Positions 6,275 to 11,206 of a stretch of DNA of 16,541 bases are shown in pieces. The notes under the pieces are model-generated. The model was not told the origin of the DNA. It saw only the letters and a program-made list of their open reading frames with translations, and searched no databases. Each line of letters begins with the position of its first letter. The stretch's first letter is position 1. Source of the DNA: Candidatus Iainarchaeum sp. (GTDB lineage: Archaea; Iainarchaeota; Iainarchaeia; Iainarchaeales; 0-14-0-20-34-12); the NCBI GenBank assembly GCA_030649345.1, contig JAUSKK010000012.1:1-16541 (forward strand), read 5' to 3'. Position numbers and translations under genes: made by a program.

Positions 6275-6362
6275 CTTTTCTTTTTTCTAAAAAGAAAAGT
6301 GTAAGTTGTTTTCAAATTCCCAAGAATTTGAAAAATTATCAAAATTTGTAGATTTTGATAAT
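6275..6362. repeat. Three consecutive perfect 11-bp AT-rich hairpins between the tRNA 3' end and the cca 3' end
   Basis: Hairpin A is 6275-6285 / 6289-6299 (CTTTTCTTTTT/AAAAAGAAAAG). Hairpin B is 6309-6319 / 6324-6334 (TTTTCAAATTC/GAATTTGAAAA). Hairpin C is 6335-6345 / 6352-6362 (ATTATCAAAAT/ATTTTGATAAT). The T-run of hairpin A starts 6 nt after the tRNA end, which fits oligo-T termination. Confidence 0.75.
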
Positions 6363-6384
6363 TCCCAAAAGAAAAAACCGCAAA

Positions 6385-7758
6385 TTAGTAGTCTAAAAAT
6401 TCTTCCTTTCCTTTCAAGAATTGAGTGAAGTATTTTTTGAATTCAGAATTTTTCTTGCATAAAGCCAATATCTTTTTTTCGTTCAATAATTCGGACTTCT
6501 TTAATGCTTTTTTCAAAGGTTGTTTTTCAATATTATTTTTACATGCATGGACAATTAATTTTTCTACTTGATAAAATTTTCGTAATTTTTCAATCACCCA
6601 GCGTCCTTCTTCAATTCTGGGGCCTGCCAAGCTTTTTTTATGTGCTTTTAAAAACTTTTCAGAATTTTCTTTGTCCGTAACTTCTGGTCCGAAATGATTT
6701 TTTACTTGATCAATGGTTTTGCTATGCATGTCTATGATAATGGCCATGCATTGTTTTTCATCGCTCCAGTCGTCTAATCTATCTACGTTAAATCCATTTA
6801 GTTCTAGCTGAATTTTTAATTTTTTAGAAAATCTTCTTAACTGTCCATGAACAATGTCACTCACCATGTCTGAAGTGTACGGCATGGTTAAAACAATTAA
6901 GTTTTTCTCCGCAGAGTATTTTTTGATTTTATTTAATGGCCACGAATGTTTTTTATTTTCAAAAAAGAAATCCAAAGAAGGTTTTTTCAAATAGGCTCTA
7001 GCGGCGGCAATAAATCGTGCAAATTGATTGTAGGATAACGCACTGGCTACATTTCTATTTTTGTCGGTTGGGTCAACTACAATTAAGTGGTGCTGAAATT
7101 TTTTTCTAGTATCTGTTTCGGTTTCATATTGTTTTTCTAAATCAATGATTGTTTCTTTTTTCCAGATGCTGACTGCTTTTAAACATTTTTCAAAACTTCC
7201 GTATTGGACAATTAATAATTCGACCACATAACCCGGCATGCTGGATACTTTAATTTTAGCTCCATAACAATTAATTCCTTTTAAGAATGATTTCAGCAAG
7301 CGTACTTGGTCTTTCATTTCTTCGGTTAATTTTTTTTCCAGCCAAGCTTGATGAAACGGTGATCTGTCCACAGCACTTTGGAGTTGGTCGGCTTTTTCTA
7401 CTTTGTAACTGGGCACAATTTCAATTTCATATCCTTGAATATTTCCTCGAATATAGGGGTGTTCTGCAAATTGTTGTTTCCAAGTATGGTTTTTGAAGAC
7501 TGCTTTTCCTAATTTGAGTCCTTCTTTTTCAAATTCCACACGAGTTAATTCTTTAGGGTATTGGACAAAAATATCTATGTCTCGATCTTTGCGGACATGC
7601 GTATTTCGAGCTAGACTTCCGCACAATAAAACATTTACATGAGGCCCTTTCATTTTCTTGATTTCAGCCATTACTTTGCTGGCGATTTCCAGTTCTTGCT
7701 GGAGTTCATTCGGCGAAGGCTTGATTTTGCTGATTACTTTTTTTTCCAAGGCATTCAT
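6385..7758 (-). CDS. cca: CCA-adding enzyme (class I archaeal tRNA nucleotidyltransferase)
   Basis: The family pattern is present: an N-terminal helical region, then CGSLARNTHVRKDRDIDIF (the GS...DxD nucleotidyltransferase motif), then the AEHPY and SAVDRSPFH motifs typical of archaeal Cca. I set the start at the ATG at 7756-7758 (MNALEKKV...). The track start at 7806 is a TTG lying inside a promoter-region repeat. Confidence 0.87.
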   Translation of the reverse strand: MNALEKKVISKIKPSPNELQQELEIASKVMAEIKKMKGPHVNVLLCGSLARNTHVRKDRDIDIFVQYPKELTRVEFEKEGLKLGKAVFKNHTWKQQFAEHPYIRGNIQGYEIEIVPSYKVEKADQLQSAVDRSPFHQAWLEKKLTEEMKDQVRLLKSFLKGINCYGAKIKVSSMPGYVVELLIVQYGSFEKCLKAVSIWKKETIIDLEKQYETETDTRKKFQHHLIVVDPTDKNRNVASALSYNQFARFIAAARAYLKKPSLDFFFENKKHSWPLNKIKKYSAEKNLIVLTMPYTSDMVSDIVHGQLRRFSKKLKIQLELNGFNVDRLDDWSDEKQCMAIIIDMHSKTIDQVKNHFGPEVTDKENSEKFLKAHKKSLAGPRIEEGRWVIEKLRKFYQVEKLIVHACKNNIEKQPLKKALKKSELLNEKKILALCKKNSEFKKYFTQFLKGKEEFLDY

Positions 7759-7791
7759 GTATAAATTCAATGTGTTGAATAAATAAAAGAG

Positions 7792-7893
7792 TATCTTTGT
7801 TTCCAATTGAATGTCTTATTTAACACTCAATACTCCGGAACATGCAAAAAGATATTTTTGTTTCCAATGGGTGTCTTATTTAACACTCAACAC
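7792..7893. repeat. Imperfect direct repeat of about 42 nt (7792-7833 vs 7853-7893) in the divergent cca / ATPase promoter region
   Basis: TAT[C/T]TTTGTTTCCAAT, then 4-5 variable nt, then an identical 18-mer GTCTTATTTAACACTCAA, then [T/C]AC. The period is 60-61 nt. Each unit contains TGT-N10-ACA dyad symmetry around a TATTTAA core. Confidence 0.8.
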
Positions 7894-7946
7894 CTTGACT
7901 TAATCTTAAATAGGAGTTAATGAATAGTGTTACCTAGGAAGAGCGT

Positions 7947-9518
7947 GTGTATATGGGTTCGATTACAAAGTCTAATAAACTTTCAAAAAATGTATTGGAT
8001 GCGTATGACTTTATTGAAATTTTAGAAAGTTTTCCATTTAATGAATATCATTTTAACGGTTATTCTTTAAGTGCTGAAGATCAAAAAATCACAGATGGTT
8101 TGTCTGCTTTTTTTTCTAGAAAACTTTCTTTGGAAAAATTGCGTTCGATTTTAACGTTTTCTAAAAAAGAAGAATTTTTGCAGGAATTTAGCGTGATTGT
8201 GCAGTCCGTAGAAGCCGACCAATTATTGGACTTACTGCCTTTGCCGGAGAAAGTGGCTGCTTTAGAAAAATCACTGCAGGAAATTTTTTCTAAATATTTT
8301 GCCCAAAAATCCAATGCTCTTGTTTTAGCTCAAATGGTAGTAGACAATTCTGTTGGTTTTGGAGAACTAGCTCCTTTGCTGCGGGATGAACATTTAGAAG
8401 AAGTCATGGTAAACTCAGCCCAAAAACCAGTGTTTGTTTTTCATAAAAAATTCGGAATGTGTAAAACCAATATTGTAGCAACCCATGAACAAAATTTGCG
8501 TTCTTTAATTATTCGAATTGCCAAGCATAGCGGAAAAGCATTTGATGAAATTAATCCTTTATTGGATGCCCGCTTACCGGATGGCAGTCGTGTGAATGCT
8601 ACTTTGTCCACCATAACTCCTTCAGGCACTAGTTTGACTGTGCGAAAGTTTACTAAAATTCCTTTATCGATTGTGGATTTTTTAGAAAAAAAAACAATCA
8701 GTTACGACTTGGCAAGCTTTTTGTGGTTAATGGTAGAAGGCATGACAATTGAGCCTATGAATATTATTGTAACTGGAGGAACAGGCTCGGGCAAAACAAC
8801 TTTATTGAATGTACTAAGTACTTTTATTCGTCACTCAGATAGAATTGTTTCGATTGAAGATACTTTAGAGTTAGATTTGGGAACCCGGGAAAATTGGATT
8901 CAAATGGAAGCTAAGCCTAGCATTCATGGAAGTGTTCCTGTGACTATGGATGATTTATTAAAAAATTCTTTGCGTATGCGCCCAGATCGTTTGGTGGTTG
9001 GAGAAGTCAGAGGCGAAGAAGCGCAAACTATGTTTGCAGCCATGGATACAGGTCACAAAGGAATTTTGGGAACCTTGCATTCAAATTCTGCCCGTGAAAT
9101 GTTGGTTCGATTGAAAAGCAAACCTATGTCTGTTCCGAATAGTATGCTGCCTTTGCTGGATTTAACTGTAGTCATGTTTAAAATGTATGATCGAGAAATT
9201 GGTGTTCTGCGAAGAATCAAAGAAGTTTCTGAAGTTTCCCGAATGGAAGACAAAGTTTTGCTGAGCACTGTATTTGAATGGGATAAAGGAAAAGACGATA
9301 CCGGAAAAACCGATGTTCCCAGTCACTTGTTTGATTATTTAGCTGAAAAATCCAATATGACGAAAACTCAATTGCGTGCCGAACAATTGGTTCGTCAAAG
9401 AATTCTTCAATGGCTGGTGGAAAACAAAATTAAAGACAGCAGGCAAGTAGAAGAAGTCATTCAAGAATATTATATTCATCCAACCAATATTTTGGAAAAA
9501 ATATCTAAAGATTTGTAG
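7947..9518 (+). CDS. Type II/IV secretion-family ATPase (archaeal FlaI/ArlI / PilB / VirB11-like hexameric ATPase)
   Basis: Walker A is VTGGTGSGKTTLLN. It is followed by IVSIEDTLEL, RMRPDRLVVGEVRGEEA (Walker B/Asp box) and GHKGILGTLHSNS (His box), the canonical GspE/FlaI motif series. The track start is a GTG at 7947, with an alternative ATG at 7953. No adjacent FlaJ/PilC-type membrane partner is present. Confidence 0.85.
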   Translation: MYMGSITKSNKLSKNVLDAYDFIEILESFPFNEYHFNGYSLSAEDQKITDGLSAFFSRKLSLEKLRSILTFSKKEEFLQEFSVIVQSVEADQLLDLLPLPEKVAALEKSLQEIFSKYFAQKSNALVLAQMVVDNSVGFGELAPLLRDEHLEEVMVNSAQKPVFVFHKKFGMCKTNIVATHEQNLRSLIIRIAKHSGKAFDEINPLLDARLPDGSRVNATLSTITPSGTSLTVRKFTKIPLSIVDFLEKKTISYDLASFLWLMVEGMTIEPMNIIVTGGTGSGKTTLLNVLSTFIRHSDRIVSIEDTLELDLGTRENWIQMEAKPSIHGSVPVTMDDLLKNSLRMRPDRLVVGEVRGEEAQTMFAAMDTGHKGILGTLHSNSAREMLVRLKSKPMSVPNSMLPLLDLTVVMFKMYDREIGVLRRIKEVSEVSRMEDKVLLSTVFEWDKGKDDTGKTDVPSHLFDYLAEKSNMTKTQLRAEQLVRQRILQWLVENKIKDSRQVEEVIQEYYIHPTNILEKISKDL

Positions 9519-9523
9519 GATTT

Positions 9524-9659
9524 TTATTTCAAACTTTTTTTTATTTCTTTTTCCAGTCTTTCAACCGCGGTGGCGGTTGGTAGCACGTGGTGCTTTCGCT
9601 TTGCTACAGCACCACTTTCTTTATTTTAATGTTTTTTTTATTTCTTTTTCCAGTCTTTC
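9524..9659 (+). mobile_element. GC-rich two-hairpin element (58-nt core, 9563-9620) flanked by a 39-nt duplication of the taw3 3' end (9524-9562 vs 9621-9659)
   Basis: Stem 1 is CAACCGC (9562-9568) / GCGGTTG (9573-9579). The shared 19-mer lies at 9575-9593. Stem 2 is GTGGTGCT (9587-9594) / AGCACCAC (9608-9615). The distal repeat encodes ERLEKEIKKSLK plus TAA, against the real C-terminus ERLEKEIKKTLK plus TAA (36 of 39 nt identical). The distal copy starts 5 nt after the ATPase stop codon. Confidence 0.65.
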
Positions 9660-10229
9660 CAGTTGCCTCAAATTTTTTTCTAATTTTTGATTGGCAATCT
9701 CAACTACGTGTTTCAAATATTTTTGTTCAATCAAAATAGTATTTTTTTCTTTGACTGGCAGTGAAATGGTTTGCGTGCCTTGGAATTCAGTTAAAAATTT
9801 TCCTTCTTTTGCAACCATAATGCCACCTCTTTTGATTCCGGCTTTTTTCATGGATTGAATAATTTTTTCTGCATTTTCCAACGAGTCTGTTCCTAAGTGT
9901 AAAATAAAGGAATCCATTTTGAACCAAACTGTTCCTTGAGTTTTTTCATTTAAGGATTTCCATATTTCTTCAAATTGTACAAATTCATGTTTTTTGAAAT
10001 GAAATAAGCTTTCGCGTTTGTCTTTTTCGTTTCCTTGCATGTCCAATAAAATAATTCTTCCAGAACAACTGGAAGTAGTGTAGTAGTTGTTTGTTTTAGA
10101 AATGTATTCACATAAAGAAATAATCGGGGTGTCCATGCGTCCAATGTTTAAAGCATGCTGAAAACTTTCCGTATGCCTTGATTTAATCATGCCAAATCGT
10201 GTTTCTGCCGTGCTTTTATGGGGTTTCAT
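9621..10229 (-). CDS. taw3: tRNA wyosine-derivative methyltransferase Taw3 (TYW3 family)
   Basis: 202 aa. DTPIISLCEYISKTNNYYTTSSCSGRIILL contains the TYW3-family S-x-CSGR signature. Confidence 0.78.
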   Translation of the reverse strand: MKPHKSTAETRFGMIKSRHTESFQHALNIGRMDTPIISLCEYISKTNNYYTTSSCSGRIILLDMQGNEKDKRESLFHFKKHEFVQFEEIWKSLNEKTQGTVWFKMDSFILHLGTDSLENAEKIIQSMKKAGIKRGGIMVAKEGKFLTEFQGTQTISLPVKEKNTILIEQKYLKHVVEIANQKLEKNLRQLERLEKEIKKTLK

Positions 10230-10280
10230 GTATACGAATCCTTTTAATAGTTTATTCTAAGAATAGTACTAGGGGTTTAT

Positions 10281-11057
10281 TTGTTTAAATATTGGGTATT
10301 ATTTTTATTTTGCTTAATTTTAGCCGCAAGTACTTTAGCTACTGTTGAAATGGTTGAACCCAAGCCCAGCAATGTTTTAGCCAATACTACAATTACTTTG
10401 GGGTCAGCTCAGCCTGGAGAATCTGTTAAATTGGTTTTAACCCGCGGTTTAGGCAGAAACAAATGGCAAGATGTACGCATTGATGCACTGTCTTTGCCTT
10501 CAGGTTGGACGTACGAAAAACAAATTCAAGATCAATCGTTTATTGTTTGGATTAAAGTTCCAAGTACAGCTAACTTGGATTCATATAATTTGAAAGTAAT
10601 TGTTTCTTCTGAACTTTTAACTGAATCTTTTAATGCGTTGCTTTTAGTTAAAGACGATTTATTGACTGTGTCCATGACCGACTTATTGCAATCTACTCAA
10701 GTTGGAGAATCTGGAACATTCAAAGTTTCCTTCCAAAACAATAGTATTGCTGCGCATAATTTAAAAATTTCCAGTGATTTACCCAGCCAATGGTTTGCTG
10801 AACAAACCTTAGAAATTTTACCCGGAGAATTTAAACAAATTGAATTATCGGTAACCACCCGAAGTTATGGAACTCGAGATTTTTCATTCACTCTTGAATC
10901 TACTTTGAATAATTCAAAAAAAGTATTTCCTGCAACTTTAACTATCCATCCAACTTTGAAAAGCAAATTTTCTGCAGTATTTTACGGCTTTCCTTTTCTG
11001 TCTTTGAGTTTGCTGCCGTATTATTTGATCGATGGCTTTTTGTCTTTGGTTCAGTAA
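10281..11057 (+). CDS. Predicted secreted or membrane-anchored protein (N-terminal signal or anchor, beta-rich ectodomain, C-terminal TM helix)
   Basis: TTG start. The hydrophobic N-terminus is FKYWVLFLFCLILAASTLA. The body is Ser/Thr/Asn-rich and repetitive, with beta-sandwich-like character. The hydrophobic C-terminus is FYGFPFLSLSLLPYYLIDGFLSLV. I recognise no family confidently. Confidence 0.6.
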   Translation: MFKYWVLFLFCLILAASTLATVEMVEPKPSNVLANTTITLGSAQPGESVKLVLTRGLGRNKWQDVRIDALSLPSGWTYEKQIQDQSFIVWIKVPSTANLDSYNLKVIVSSELLTESFNALLLVKDDLLTVSMTDLLQSTQVGESGTFKVSFQNNSIAAHNLKISSDLPSQWFAEQTLEILPGEFKQIELSVTTRSYGTRDFSFTLESTLNNSKKVFPATLTIHPTLKSKFSAVFYGFPFLSLSLLPYYLIDGFLSLVQ

Positions 11058-11071
11058 AATAATTTAATTAA

Positions 11072-11206
11072 TTAGCCCAATTTTTTTCCAACACCAAACC
11101 GCGGGGCCATGCCCCTCAGTTTTAGGTTAATCCTGATCCCTGATTGCAGTTCTGTTGAACTGCAGTACTTTGAAATTTGTTTTTTTAGTCTAATTTTTTT
11201 CCAACA
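11072..11206 (+). mobile_element. Diverged member of the hairpin element family (91-nt core, 11094-11184) flanked by a 22-nt duplication of the elp3 3' end (11072-11093 vs 11185-11206)
   Basis: The left terminus CAAACCGCGGGGC compares with CAACCGCGGTGGC in the taw3 copy. The right terminus CTGCAGTACTTT compares with CAGCACCACTTT. Internal hairpins are GGGGC/GCCCC (11103-11107 / 11111-11115) and ATTGCAGTTC/GAACTGCAGT (11143-11152 / 11157-11166). The distal repeat encodes VGKKLG plus TAA, against the real VGKKLD plus TAA. Confidence 0.55.

Noticed and set aside
7759-7806. TTG-initiated 16-codon N-terminal extension of cca (METKILFYLFNTLNLY)
   Set aside because: The extension lies in the AT-rich promoter and direct-repeat region. 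The family-typical N-terminus begins at the ATG at 7758.
9562-9580. Integron attC-like reading of CAAC...GTTG (inverse core RYYYAAC / core GTTRRRY) at gene 3' ends
   Set aside because: The 7-mers (TTTCAAC, GTTGGTA) do not fit the attC consensus. The host genes are conserved housekeeping genes rather than promoterless cassettes in an array. No intI-like gene is present, and attC recombination does not duplicate gene ends.
10436-10450. A fourth CCGCGG site (AACCCGCGGTTT) inside the membrane-protein gene, as a possible element remnant
   Set aside because: It has no flanking direct repeat, no second stem and no 19-mer. It encodes an ordinary TRGL stretch in frame. It is rare for this base composition, but a single 6-mer is insufficient.
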